A stretch of 64,000 nt of DNA from Ignavibacteriota bacterium (GTDB taxonomy: Bacteria; Bacteroidota; Ignavibacteria; Kapaibacteriales; UBA2268): contig JAGXGG010000060.1 of NCBI GenBank assembly GCA_024636855.1, forward strand, positions 36,126 to 100,125, written 5' to 3'. Of the stretch, positions 8,452 through 19,652 are shown piece by piece. The stretch's first letter is position 1, and the number at the start of each line of letters is the position of its first letter. The notes beneath the pieces are model-generated. The model had not been told where the DNA came from, searched no databases, and was given only the letters and a program-made list of their open reading frames with translations. The translations under genes and the position numbers were made by a program.

Positions 8452-11400
8452 ATGTTAAAAATATCATCAGTCCTAATTATATTTCTAATATTTTCGAATA
8501 GTTCCTACTGTAAAGATTATATTTCTGAAACCGAAACTAGTTTAACTGTTAGTATAGACAATTTTGAACATTCTAGTAATAATGAATGGATAGGTGTATT
8601 TGCTGTTGATGAGTTTAATATAAATAGATTTAATATTAGAATTTACGAGTCTAAATCGGAAATTAAATCTAATAATTTCTCTTCAGAGCCTAATTATAAT
8701 TTAAGTTATGCTGGTATTCAACGTCGAGCTAAAATTGCTAATTTAAGTGTAGAATTAACAAGAACTGATCCAATTAATAATATTACTTACAGAGTAGATT
8801 CTATTTCTTTTTCATATAGATTCAAGAATAATATATTATTAAACCTATCTTTAGAAAATAACTTCCATATAAATATTTTAAATAAGAAACAATTAGCTTC
8901 ATTGATAATAGATAAGAAAAAATCAAAAGAAAGTAAAGTACAATCCGAATCAGATTGGTTTAATCCGAAATTGGAGTATTATAAATTTTATACTACCAGA
9001 GATGGAGTAGCAAGGATAAACTTATCTGAATTAATAAAGAATAATAGTAATCTAATTGGAAAATCTACAAGTAATATTCATATTAAAAATCGTGGAAATG
9101 AAATAAAGTTCTATTCAACTTCAAATGCTATCCAACATGATGATTATCTTTATATAGTTGCTTCCCATCCTTACGGAGATACTTCATATTTTGATTACTA
9201 CAATGGTAAAGAGCCCTACTTTATCGTATATGATGAGGATACTCAATCAACTCAGTATGATCTTATCGATAATTTACAAACCAATCAATTTCTTGAAAAG
9301 GTAAGTATAAATAATAGATATGAAGAAGACAAAGTATATGGAAATGGGGTAGATGTAACAGAAACTGAAACAGTATTATCTGAGAATTGGTATTTTGATG
9401 AAATCAGAGTTCCTAATGATTTCAATAAACCTTGGGAATATTTTACAGAATTTTCATTGTTTCCAGTTTCTGATTTACAAATTGAATATGAATATGCTAC
9501 TAATATATTTTTTCTACCAAAGCCTGAGGCGGTTTATAATAAGACTTTAACTTATATAAATGATTTTAGAAATGATACTATCAGAAATGTAGGTAGTAAA
9601 ATTATAAATACTAAAATCACTGTTCCAAAAAACAACCTAATACTTGGTGGAAATACTTTAAATCTAAATTCTTATAAAGTTGTTGAAGATTTCGATAAAA
9701 CCAAGTTCAATGGTATTATCGGGTTTGATTATTATAATGTCACAGGAGAAGTATTACCAATCGCTGAGAATAACTACTTTTCATTTATAACAAATAATAA
9801 TCTAGATTCAAAAGTCATCATCAATGGATTTCAAGATAATTTTGTCGTGGCTATCGATACAATTAACAATTTGATTCAATTCCCAAAAACAACTAATTCT
9901 GACTACCTTGTAATGTCAGCAAACAATAAATATTCATCTATATTCTTTAATAAACAATTATTAACAACAAGGAAGTATGGATATGGAATTGTTACTGATT
10001 TAGGAAACAAAAATAACAGCAACTTTTTTGAATCAGAAACTGAGTTTACGAATTTTCTTAATAATATTAATTCTAGCCAAAATGTAGGATTAATTATTAC
10101 ATCTGAAAGCAATATCAGCAATAGTATTAAATCAAAAATAAGTAGTTTATTTGGAGCAAATAATATTAATTCAGCTACAAATAAATATATGTTTGCTAGA
10201 ATTGGCTCACAGAAATATGAATCAAATAATGAAAATATAATTCAAAAAATAGATAATGGTATCTATTATAATGCTGAAGTATTTCTTCCTAAAGGACAAC
10301 CTTCACGAAAAATTGTTAATTCACTTAGTTCAGTTCAAGAATTACAATTAATAAAAGCTAAAATAAAACCGATTGAAGAGACTAGTGTAGATGCGTTCTA
10401 TATATATAATCCTTTATTCGAGCCTACTATAAGCAAATATACTTCATATATATCAAATATAGAGGCAAAGAAGATATTATCTATAGATGTAGAGCAATTA
10501 TATGATACATATGGATATGGAATAGAAAGCCCACATTCTATTAAGAACTTTCTTAAATTAGCTTATGATAATTGGAGTGCATATCCAGAATTTCTAACGT
10601 TAGTTGGGGATGCGACCTGGGATCCTAAAAAACAAAGAGTTGGTAGTTTTGTAGATCAATTAATCCCTGTTTATGGAATTCCATACTCTGATAATTTCTA
10701 CGGTACATTAGAAGGAGATGATTATATACCAGAAATAGTGATTGGGAGAATTCCTGTTAATAATAATCTAGAGTTTGAAAATTATCTAGAGAAAGTTAAG
10801 ACCTACTATGAAGTCCCTGTTAATCCATGGATGAAAAGTATACTTCAAATAGCTGGAGGAGATGATAACCAAAAATTAGGTTTTGCTCAAAATATGAGTG
10901 ATATAAACGAATTCTTTACATCTACTAACATTTGTCCCGATACAATGTCTATAACTAAATCTTCAAGTCAAACTGTATCTGAATCTCAAGCTAATGATAT
11001 AAAAAGAGAAATCAATAAAGGGAAGATGTGGACTAATTTCTTAGGTCATGGTTCGCCTACAGTTATAGATATGTCAGGTTGGGAAGCTCCTAACTTGAAT
11101 AATCAGGGGAAGTTTGGGTTTCTGAATACATTATCTTGTAATACATCTGCTTTTGCAGAGCCTTGGCAACTAAATTCCATAGGTGAAGAATTTGTAAATA
11201 CAAAGAATAAAGGGTTTGTAGGGGTTATTGGAGGGACATCTACAATAGAAGTACAAACAGCTCTGGCTGTTTCATATTCAATGTTCTTCTCCATTATTAA
11301 TGAGGAATTCCCAGAAAGGAATTTAGGTCGTATATACAACTCATATAAAGCACGAAATCCTAAAGCGATTTCTGCATTGAATCAAGTTATCCTACTTGGA

Positions 11401-13956
11401 GATCCATTGTTAACAGTAAGAATTGCATTGCAACCAGAGATAGTGATTTATAAGAAAGAAGTTATAATAACAAACCAATCTGGAAGTAATATAATTACTG
11501 AAAGTGATAATAAGGTTAAAGTAGATTTAAGTTTGTATAATATAGGGACAGTTAGCAAAGATTCTATGAATGTAAGGTTAATACATACATTCAATGGGAC
11601 CAATGATACTTTAATAAAAAGAATCGAACCTGTTTGTTTCACTTCTAATCTAATATTTGAGTTCGAGTTAGAGAATTCTATTGGTGAACATAGTATCCAA
11701 TTATTTGCCGACTATGATAGCCTTATTAATGATGTGAACTATCAGAATAATAAGGTCGATTTGACATTCAACGTCTTTTCTCAAAGTATTTTACCAGTAG
11801 AACCTCTTAATCATTGGAATGTCTCATCAAAAAATGCAATATTTAGATTTGTAAATCCAACTGGAACTGAAAAAGACTATAACTTTAAAATAAGAAATGA
11901 AAATAATGAAATAGTATATTCTAGTACCACACCAAGCATATTTGAAAATTATATTGAACTTAAAATAGATAATTTGAATAATGATAATGATTATATACTT
12001 GAGTATAGTAGTAAAGAAAAATTAAGTGGAATAGAGTCTTCCATAAAAGAACTCGAATTTCATACTACTACAATTGTTGATTCTATAGTTCATTATGCTA
12101 TAAACAACAACAGTAATACTATTTATTATGATAATCTTGTTAATACACCTGAGGGTTTAGAATTTGATGATAAAGAATTTTCTGTATTCTTATCTTCTGC
12201 CAGAGGAAATCAAACGGCTGAAAGACATGCTATTATTAATCTTATAGATAAAAGTGACAGTAGTGTATTTGCTTTTCTAAATAGGTTACAACGTGGTTTT
12301 AATATAGTAATTATACCAGACACAATTGGTGATACTACATTTACTAGTAGGCATTTTGATACATGGGACAGTAAATTTAATAATGAAGATATATTTATCG
12401 ATTCAAGATGGTTGGATAGATTTCTCAATGATTCACTTCCTTATGGACATTATCTGTTATTAGCTACGGCTGATGTCCCAACTAGAGCTCCAGATATCAT
12501 GAATAATGAGAAAAGTCCCGATAGTGTAGGAAGTATAACTAGAATTAAAGAAGCTTTGTCAGAATTGGGTGCTAAGTACTCTGATTCATTACAATTCAAT
12601 TCAAGTTATGTATTATTTACTCGGATTGGGTTCCCAGAATCAACTATTGACTTTCATTTACTTGGAGATACAATCCAGTTAAGAACTGATATTACAAGAT
12701 ATCAACCAGATGCTAGAATAAGAGTTGATAATATTGGAAATGCAAAGAAGTTTATTGAAAGTAGATTGAACCTAACTCAATCAAATATTAATTATCAAAG
12801 CAAATTTACAACTGATGATAATGAAATATTGGTAAGTAAAGATATAGTTACCGATTTGACTAGTGTAAATGCTGAAAGTGTACCATTATTAAATTTAGAG
12901 TTGAATATTGAGCGAGACAGTGTAGGAGCTCCTTTCTTATTTAAAACTTTTGAAATAGATTTTATACCAACGCCTGAATTAGCAGTAATTGAATCACAGT
13001 CAAAATTAAATAGTGATGAATATGAAAGAGGAGAAAATGCTGAATTCCAGTATTCAGTTGAAAATATATCAACTCGAACAAATGCGGAGAATATAGAATT
13101 CAAATTTACTATTGAAAATAATTTTAATACTGAATCAAAAATTGAAAAACAATCAAATATAAATCCGGATTCTAAGATAAATTCTACTTTGAATTATAAT
13201 ACCACTGGTTTCGCAACTAATAACAAATTAGTATTTGAAATAGATGCAGATAGATTCCAGAATGAGTTATTCGTATTTAATAATAGTTTTAGTTCAGATT
13301 TCAGAATTAATGAAGATACAACTAAACCTTGGTTAATTGCTTACGCAGATGGAGTTGAACTTTCTAATAATACTTATGTTTCTGAAAGACCTATATTTAC
13401 TATTGAATTATATGATGAATCAACCCTTGAAGTATTAAAAGATAATGTTATTTTTAGCAGAATTAATAGAAAAGTAATGCTTAATAATACAGTTGATACT
13501 TTCAATTTTGAATTAATTAATCAAGATGATTTAAAGGCAAGAGTCACTTTTAGACCAATTGATAAACTTGACTTGGGATTAAATAGACTTCAAGTTATCG
13601 GTGAAGATGCAACTGGAAATCAAGCAGACACTCTTAATTTAGATATTTATGTTTCTGATAAATATATAACTAAGGACATTGGGAACTATCCTAATCCCTT
13701 TGGTGAATCTACAACTTTCAAATATAATTATATTGGTAAGGAAAACGGGATTGATATTAGAGTAACTATTTATAATTCATTGGGTTCAAAAATAATAGAA
13801 CTAGAATCATCAGCTAATTTTGGAGAGAATATTCTTGAATGGAATGGGTTTGATGATCACGGTAATTCAATTTCTAGTGGAGTTTATTATTATAGATTAG
13901 ATATAATTAATAAGTCAGCGCAACCTAGTTTCAATAGAATGATAAAAGTGAATTAA
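8452..13956 (+). CDS. Giant secreted peptidase-C25 (gingipain/PorU-like) protein with T9SS C-terminal sorting domain
   Basis: 1834 aa with signal peptide MLKISSVLIIFLIFSNSSYC. The C25-like core includes LTLVGDATWDP, IPYSDNFYG..IVIGRIPV, and a His/Cys dyad context FLGHGSP (His866, codon 11047-11049) and LNTLSCNTSAF (Cys896, codon 11137-11139). The C-terminus YPNPFGESTTFKY..IYNSLGSKI..WNGFDDHGNSISSGVYYYRLDI matches the T9SS CTD pattern. Confidence 0.7.
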   Translation: MLKISSVLIIFLIFSNSSYCKDYISETETSLTVSIDNFEHSSNNEWIGVFAVDEFNINRFNIRIYESKSEIKSNNFSSEPNYNLSYAGIQRRAKIANLSVELTRTDPINNITYRVDSISFSYRFKNNILLNLSLENNFHINILNKKQLASLIIDKKKSKESKVQSESDWFNPKLEYYKFYTTRDGVARINLSELIKNNSNLIGKSTSNIHIKNRGNEIKFYSTSNAIQHDDYLYIVASHPYGDTSYFDYYNGKEPYFIVYDEDTQSTQYDLIDNLQTNQFLEKVSINNRYEEDKVYGNGVDVTETETVLSENWYFDEIRVPNDFNKPWEYFTEFSLFPVSDLQIEYEYATNIFFLPKPEAVYNKTLTYINDFRNDTIRNVGSKIINTKITVPKNNLILGGNTLNLNSYKVVEDFDKTKFNGIIGFDYYNVTGEVLPIAENNYFSFITNNNLDSKVIINGFQDNFVVAIDTINNLIQFPKTTNSDYLVMSANNKYSSIFFNKQLLTTRKYGYGIVTDLGNKNNSNFFESETEFTNFLNNINSSQNVGLIITSESNISNSIKSKISSLFGANNINSATNKYMFARIGSQKYESNNENIIQKIDNGIYYNAEVFLPKGQPSRKIVNSLSSVQELQLIKAKIKPIEETSVDAFYIYNPLFEPTISKYTSYISNIEAKKILSIDVEQLYDTYGYGIESPHSIKNFLKLAYDNWSAYPEFLTLVGDATWDPKKQRVGSFVDQLIPVYGIPYSDNFYGTLEGDDYIPEIVIGRIPVNNNLEFENYLEKVKTYYEVPVNPWMKSILQIAGGDDNQKLGFAQNMSDINEFFTSTNICPDTMSITKSSSQTVSESQANDIKREINKGKMWTNFLGHGSPTVIDMSGWEAPNLNNQGKFGFLNTLSCNTSAFAEPWQLNSIGEEFVNTKNKGFVGVIGGTSTIEVQTALAVSYSMFFSIINEEFPERNLGRIYNSYKARNPKAISALNQVILLGDPLLTVRIALQPEIVIYKKEVIITNQSGSNIITESDNKVKVDLSLYNIGTVSKDSMNVRLIHTFNGTNDTLIKRIEPVCFTSNLIFEFELENSIGEHSIQLFADYDSLINDVNYQNNKVDLTFNVFSQSILPVEPLNHWNVSSKNAIFRFVNPTGTEKDYNFKIRNENNEIVYSSTTPSIFENYIELKIDNLNNDNDYILEYSSKEKLSGIESSIKELEFHTTTIVDSIVHYAINNNSNTIYYDNLVNTPEGLEFDDKEFSVFLSSARGNQTAERHAIINLIDKSDSSVFAFLNRLQRGFNIVIIPDTIGDTTFTSRHFDTWDSKFNNEDIFIDSRWLDRFLNDSLPYGHYLLLATADVPTRAPDIMNNEKSPDSVGSITRIKEALSELGAKYSDSLQFNSSYVLFTRIGFPESTIDFHLLGDTIQLRTDITRYQPDARIRVDNIGNAKKFIESRLNLTQSNINYQSKFTTDDNEILVSKDIVTDLTSVNAESVPLLNLELNIERDSVGAPFLFKTFEIDFIPTPELAVIESQSKLNSDEYERGENAEFQYSVENISTRTNAENIEFKFTIENNFNTESKIEKQSNINPDSKINSTLNYNTTGFATNNKLVFEIDADRFQNELFVFNNSFSSDFRINEDTTKPWLIAYADGVELSNNTYVSERPIFTIELYDESTLEVLKDNVIFSRINRKVMLNNTVDTFNFELINQDDLKARVTFRPIDKLDLGLNRLQVIGEDATGNQADTLNLDIYVSDKYITKDIGNYPNPFGESTTFKYNYIGKENGIDIRVTIYNSLGSKIIELESSANFGENILEWNGFDDHGNSISSGVYYYRLDIINKSAQPSFNRMIKVN

Positions 13957-15839
13957 TCAAAAAATGACCATGCTACGGATAGTTTTACTATTTGACCACG
14001 TTCAGGATAATATGCAACATTATAGTAATTAGCATCTAATAGATTTTCCCATTCTATTTTAACAAATGCATTACCTAATTTCATTATTGAATAAATATTC
14101 AAGCCAGTTGTTTGAATACCAACATTATCAACTGTGGTTACATAGCTATTTGAAATAGGAATAAATCTAGGAGCAGTTTTTGAATCAAGTAAACCCGCTC
14201 TGAAACCAATATTCAATTCACTTTTATTAATCATTAACATATAATTTAATCCAGCATTAAAAGTAAAAAGAGGATAGTAATTATTTAACTCGTCGTTTCC
14301 AGTTATTAAATTTATTCTTGCTTGTAATCTTAAATCAATCATATCATTTTTATCAAATAAGCTAGTTAATACTTGGTCATTATAAGAAGCCGATCCTCCA
14401 AATGCGTGGTAGTCAGCTATATTATATTGCTCAGTATAGTATTCATTAACCAATCTATTAAATATAGGTGTATTGACTATTCTGTAATACCCCTCAAAAT
14501 TAATCGATTCTAGTTTAATTCCAGCTAAAAATAGATTTGTCTTTTCATTTACTAACTCTTTACTATATACTAGTCCATTTTTTGAGATGAATGAATGGTC
14601 TATATAAAGATATGAATTATCAGTTAATTTATGTTTTAGTCTTTCGCCAAATCCAATGAAACCATTTTTAGAATCATTTCCATAATTTACACCACCGGAT
14701 ATACTAGTTGAATTGGTTAACTTTAGCTCTGCTCTTGAATATATATTCCAATAAAATCCACTATAATTAGAAAAGAAGTTCGTACCATCAGAGTTAAAAG
14801 TATTGATATTTGACCCCACTTTAAAGTCTATATTATCAAAAGTAAAATCTAAATTAATTCTATTCCCAATTTGAGTTTCAGTATTACTTGTATTTCCTAA
14901 TGTATCTGCTCCATCAAATCTAGGAAGAGCCCTTTCATTAATATCACTTGTTAGATATGTTGTATTAGTAATATTAAAGAAATCCATTTTATTACTATAA
15001 GTAATATTCAAATCATGTCTATAATTTCTTAGTTGTATTTTGCTAAAATAAGGTGAAGAGTTAATAGGACTATAAATATCAAATGAGTTGTCAGGATCTG
15101 ACCCACCATTAGTTGTAGTCTTATTATTAGTAAAGTTATCAGTAATTGATAGGGAAGATGTAGAATCAATATTATACCTTAATATAAATCTAAGATTCCA
15201 ATAATCCATGGACATATTGTCAAAAGCAAGTCTATCATCCATTTTTTTGAAACCAAAAGTAAAGTTCCAACCATCTGAGAAGTTTTGACTAAAAATTCCA
15301 TCAGCACTAATAAAGGAACCACCTTCCTGTGCATACCAAATTCTAGTAAATGGAATTTTCGAGTTGTATATTATTTCTTGAATATTCAAAAAAGTATTAT
15401 TTGGACTTGCAGAAAGTACGGCAGCATCTGAACCATTAAGTAATTCAATTCTTTCGAAAAATTCTGGTGAATAATTCTCTAAATTATATTTTCCGTTGTA
15501 ATAATTGGTTAATGTACGTCCATTAATCCCTAATGCAATATTATTATCAATGGCTCCATAACTAAGGAAATTATTATAATGGCCATTAATACCTAATGAC
15601 ATACCGAAAAGTTCATTTCTTGTGTTTAAGATATCATATAATGTACTGTAATTAATTCTTTGTATATCAATTTTCTGAATTGAATTAGTAGTATCCTTTA
15701 ATATTAAGCCATGATATTCATTGGGTTTTACGTGTGATATAGAATCACGTGATCTCGAAAATGCTGGATTTATAAAAACAAAAAAAACGCTGAGAAATAT
15801 AATTATCCCAGCGTTATTAATATTTACTCCAATCTTCAT
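13953..15839 (-). CDS. Outer-membrane beta-barrel protein, TonB-dependent-receptor-like (plug + barrel)
   Basis: Start moved to the internal Met (MKIGVNINNAGIIIFLSVFFVFINPAFS signal peptide), 1 nt after the gyrA stop. Plug-like segment IALGINGRTLTNYYNGKYNLENYSPEFFERIELLNGSDAAVL. The long remainder is Asn/Tyr/Gly-rich with alternating beta-strand character and an aromatic-rich C-terminus (VAWSFFD). Confidence 0.5.
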   Translation of the reverse strand: MKIGVNINNAGIIIFLSVFFVFINPAFSRSRDSISHVKPNEYHGLILKDTTNSIQKIDIQRINYSTLYDILNTRNELFGMSLGINGHYNNFLSYGAIDNNIALGINGRTLTNYYNGKYNLENYSPEFFERIELLNGSDAAVLSASPNNTFLNIQEIIYNSKIPFTRIWYAQEGGSFISADGIFSQNFSDGWNFTFGFKKMDDRLAFDNMSMDYWNLRFILRYNIDSTSSLSITDNFTNNKTTTNGGSDPDNSFDIYSPINSSPYFSKIQLRNYRHDLNITYSNKMDFFNITNTTYLTSDINERALPRFDGADTLGNTSNTETQIGNRINLDFTFDNIDFKVGSNINTFNSDGTNFFSNYSGFYWNIYSRAELKLTNSTSISGGVNYGNDSKNGFIGFGERLKHKLTDNSYLYIDHSFISKNGLVYSKELVNEKTNLFLAGIKLESINFEGYYRIVNTPIFNRLVNEYYTEQYNIADYHAFGGSASYNDQVLTSLFDKNDMIDLRLQARINLITGNDELNNYYPLFTFNAGLNYMLMINKSELNIGFRAGLLDSKTAPRFIPISNSYVTTVDNVGIQTTGLNIYSIMKLGNAFVKIEWENLLDANYYNVAYYPERGQIVKLSVAWSFFD

Positions 15840-15840
15840 T

Positions 15841-18330
15841 TTATAGAAGTGTATCTTGGTTGTCAGCTTCTTGTATATCATCATTGTCAATATCTTCGTC
15901 TTCATTTACAATTGTAAAGTCTGAAATCTGATCTCCACTATCTAATCTAATCAGTTTCACACCTTGAGTGTTTCTACCAATAGTTCTGATATCACGGATA
16001 TTTTGTCTAATTAATATACCTTTAGTCGTGATTACGATTAAATCTTGATTGTCTAATACAGACATCATACCAACAACTTTACCAGTCTTAGCTGTCAAGT
16101 TCATTGCTATTACGCCTTTAGCACCACGCTTAGTTAATCTAAATTCGTTAAGTGCAGTCCGTTTACCGTAACCATTCTCACCAATAATTAACAATTGTGC
16201 ATCATTTCTTCTAACTACTACCATCGAAACAACATAATCGTCTTTAGAAAGTCTAATTCCGCGAACACCTTGAGCGGTTCTACCCATATCACGAATTTCA
16301 CTTTCCATAAATCGACATGCAATTCCATGATGAGTTGCCAATACAACTTGATAATCACCATTTGTTAGCATAGCACCAATCATTTTATCATCATCTCTAA
16401 GACCGATTGCTATTATACCGTTTTGACGTATGTTAGCAAATGCAGAAAGCTCAGTCTTCTTTATGGTACCATGTTTAGTACACATAATTATATATGAATC
16501 TTTTGCATCGAAATCTACAACAGCTTGGAAAGCTGTAACGACTTCATCTGGATCCTTCATTATAACATTTGCTAATGAACGACCTTTAGAGGTTCTACTA
16601 CCTTCAGGTAAATCATAAACTTTAATTTTATAAACTTTTCCTTTATCAGTAAAGAACAATAGATTATTATGTGTTGATGCTTGGAATACTTGTTCTACAA
16701 AATCATCATCGTGCGTTCCTGTCCCTTTCGAGCCACGACCACCTTTATTTTGTTTTCTATAATTAGAAACTTTAGTTCTCTTTATCAATCCATTTCTAGT
16801 GATGGTAACTATCACATCTTCATCTGCAATAATATCTTCTATTGCAAAATCATCAGCGTCGTAAACTATTTCAGTTCTTCTCTCATCACCGTATTTATCT
16901 GACATTTCTTTCAATTCATCTGAGATAATCTGTATTTGGAGACTTTTATTTGCTAATATAGATTCTAGTTTTTCAATTGTTTGAAGTACTTCGCGATATT
17001 CATCTCTGATCTTATCTATTTCAAGACCTGTAAGTCTCTGTAAACGCATCTCTAATATTGCTTTTGCTTGAATTTCAGTTAATCCAAACCTTTCTTGTAG
17101 CAATATTGAAGCAGAATTAGGATCTTTTGACTCTCTAATAGTTTTAATAACAGCATCGATATTATCCAATGCAATTATAAAACCTTCTAATATATGAGCT
17201 CTTTTTTTAGCCGCATCTAATTCATACTGAGTTTTTCTAACAATGACTTCATTTCTATGAGCTAGGAATTTCTCCATCATCTCTTTGATAGTCATTACTT
17301 TCGGACGACCTTTGTCTAGTGCTAGTAATATAGCTCCAAAAGTAACTTGCATCTGAGTGTATTTGAAAAGCATATTTAACACTACTAATGCAATAGCGTC
17401 TCTTTTCAATTCTATAACAACTCTCAATCCATCTCTATCAGACTCATCTCTTATATCTGAGATACCTTCAAGAACTTTATTTCTTACTAAATCTGCAATT
17501 TTTTCAATTAAATTTGCTTTGTTTACTTGATACGGAAGTTCATGAACTATTATAGCTTGCTTAGAACCAGTATGGTTTTCTTCTATACTTGCTTTTGCTC
17601 GAACCTTTATCTTTCCTCTACCTGTAGTAATTGCTTCTTGAACACCTTTATAACCATAGATTATACCACCAGTTGGGAAATCAGGTGCCGGTACATATTG
17701 GATCATCTCTTCAGATGTTATGTTCGGATTATCTAGTAGCGCTTGTAAACCTGCACATACTTCTCTTAGATTATGAGGAGGAATGTTTGTAGCCATACCA
17801 ACGGCAATACCAGAAGATCCATTCATCAAGAGTGATGGTACTACAGAAGGCAATACTGTCGGTTCTTCTAATGATTCATCAAAGTTTGCTCTGAAATCTA
17901 CTGTGTTTTTATCAATGTCTCGCAACATCTCAGTAGCAATGTTTGTTAATCTAGTTTCAGTATAACGCATTGCAGCAGGAGAATCACCATCTACCGAGCC
18001 AAAGTTTCCTTGACCATCCACAAATGGATAACGCATACTCCAACTTTGTGCTAAACGCACCATAGCGTCATAAACCGAAGAATCACCATGTGGGTGATAC
18101 TTACCTAAAACTTCCCCGACCAAACGGGCTGATTTCTTATGAGGTTTATTAGGTTGTAATCCTAACTCTTGCATTGCGTATAATATACGCCTATGAACAG
18201 GTTTAAGTCCATCTCTTACATCTGGAAGTGCTCTTGATACAATTACCGACATCGAATAGTCGAGGTAGGAATTACGCATCTCATCTTCTAACGACGTAAC
18301 AACTATGTGTTCGTTACCAAAAAGTGCCAT
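15841..18330 (-). CDS. gyrA: DNA gyrase subunit A
   Basis: 829 aa. [21 protein letters not shown], active-site Tyr context AAMRYTE, and C-terminal beta-pinwheel repeats. Confidence 0.95.
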   Translation of the reverse strand: MALFGNEHIVVTSLEDEMRNSYLDYSMSVIVSRALPDVRDGLKPVHRRILYAMQELGLQPNKPHKKSARLVGEVLGKYHPHGDSSVYDAMVRLAQSWSMRYPFVDGQGNFGSVDGDSPAAMRYTETRLTNIATEMLRDIDKNTVDFRANFDESLEEPTVLPSVVPSLLMNGSSGIAVGMATNIPPHNLREVCAGLQALLDNPNITSEEMIQYVPAPDFPTGGIIYGYKGVQEAITTGRGKIKVRAKASIEENHTGSKQAIIVHELPYQVNKANLIEKIADLVRNKVLEGISDIRDESDRDGLRVVIELKRDAIALVVLNMLFKYTQMQVTFGAILLALDKGRPKVMTIKEMMEKFLAHRNEVIVRKTQYELDAAKKRAHILEGFIIALDNIDAVIKTIRESKDPNSASILLQERFGLTEIQAKAILEMRLQRLTGLEIDKIRDEYREVLQTIEKLESILANKSLQIQIISDELKEMSDKYGDERRTEIVYDADDFAIEDIIADEDVIVTITRNGLIKRTKVSNYRKQNKGGRGSKGTGTHDDDFVEQVFQASTHNNLLFFTDKGKVYKIKVYDLPEGSRTSKGRSLANVIMKDPDEVVTAFQAVVDFDAKDSYIIMCTKHGTIKKTELSAFANIRQNGIIAIGLRDDDKMIGAMLTNGDYQVVLATHHGIACRFMESEIRDMGRTAQGVRGIRLSKDDYVVSMVVVRRNDAQLLIIGENGYGKRTALNEFRLTKRGAKGVIAMNLTAKTGKVVGMMSVLDNQDLIVITTKGILIRQNIRDIRTIGRNTQGVKLIRLDSGDQISDFTIVNEDEDIDNDDIQEADNQDTLL

Positions 18331-18540
18331 TTATTTATGCTGCTTTATATTATAAATGTAAAAAATTAATCTACTAATATAAGTAATATGAATGTAAAAT
18401 TCCATCTTAATTATCAACATATTAGCTTTAAATAGGTTATAATAGGGAAGTTTTAAAATTCAGAAGTTTTTTTAATAAAATATTGGACATATCAATAATT
18501 ATTAATTAAATTGTGAAGTGAATAATACTGCAGCATATAA

Positions 18541-19587
18541 ATGAATACTGAATCGCATCTAAATTCAATAAAAAATATACTTTTTGCATTTCTTTTTGTT
18601 TTAGTAATGTACTTACTCAAAGAACTTTCTGGTATTTTAGTTCCTATGGCTTTGGCTATTCTAATTGCTTTAATGTTCCAACCTTTAGTCGGTTTCCTTC
18701 AAAAATTCAAAGCTCCGAAGTGGCTAATATTCCCTACAGTTACTATTATAACTTTATTAATAGTTTTTGCTATATATTCTATCTTAAATGAGGCAGTTCA
18801 ATCTATAATAGAGAACCAGGATTTTCTAATAGAAAAGCTTAATATGAGAATCAAGAATGTAGTAGTTTGGATAAATACAAACTTTGGAACTGCAATATCA
18901 ACTGCTGATAAGAAGATAAATCTTGAATATCTAGTTAATGAGTATGGTATTCCAGCTACATTACCTGGGTTAGCTAATTTCCTCAGTTCATTATCTGGCT
19001 CATTTGTTATGTTCTTTCTTTACTATGTTGTTCTTCTTATCGGATTAGCTGACTATGATTTATATATAGCACATGTGAAAGGAGATACTGATTCTACATT
19101 AATAGAAAACATGAGTAGAATTCAAAGTTCTATACTTTCATATCTGATGATTAAAACTCTTATAAGTTTATTGACAGGTATTTTAGTTTATGTAACTTGT
19201 CTATTCTTTGATTTGAATTTTGCTTTCTTCTTTGGTTTCATAGCCTTTTTGTTAAATTTTATACCTTCTATTGGGTCTATACTTGCCACAATACCTCCAG
19301 TTTTGATGGCATTTATTCAATTTGATACTTTTCAACCTGTTATATTATTATTGGTAATTCTTTCTTCCATCCAAATGGTAATGGGAAATCTAGTCGAACC
19401 AATTATTACAGGTGATAGACTTAAACTCAATACCCTCACAGTTATTTTTGGTTTAGTATTTTGGGGTTATATATGGGGGCTAGCTGGTATGATCATTTCT
19501 ATTCCACTTTTAGTTTTATTGAAAATAATCTTCGAGCATTTTCCTGATACTCAGATTTTTGCTAGAATAATGGGATCTCCAGAGTAG
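18541..19587 (+). CDS. AI-2E family transporter (PerM/YhhT-like permease)
   Basis: 348 aa, about 8 TM segments, with the family-typical FIPSIGSILATIPPVLMAF segment. Confidence 0.75.
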   Translation: MNTESHLNSIKNILFAFLFVLVMYLLKELSGILVPMALAILIALMFQPLVGFLQKFKAPKWLIFPTVTIITLLIVFAIYSILNEAVQSIIENQDFLIEKLNMRIKNVVVWINTNFGTAISTADKKINLEYLVNEYGIPATLPGLANFLSSLSGSFVMFFLYYVVLLIGLADYDLYIAHVKGDTDSTLIENMSRIQSSILSYLMIKTLISLLTGILVYVTCLFFDLNFAFFFGFIAFLLNFIPSIGSILATIPPVLMAFIQFDTFQPVILLLVILSSIQMVMGNLVEPIITGDRLKLNTLTVIFGLVFWGYIWGLAGMIISIPLLVLLKIIFEHFPDTQIFARIMGSPE

Positions 19588-19652
19588 AACTGTAACATTT
19601 TTCACTTTTAGTTGTTTATACAACTTAGTCTAATCAAAAATAAAGGATTGTT

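Noticed and set aside
15840-15905. N-terminal 22-codon extension of the barrel OMP ORF overlapping the gyrA 3' end
   Set aside because: The internal Met at 15839 gives a typical signal peptide and starts 1 nt after the gyrA stop. The extension ([22 protein letters not shown]) has no signal-peptide logic.
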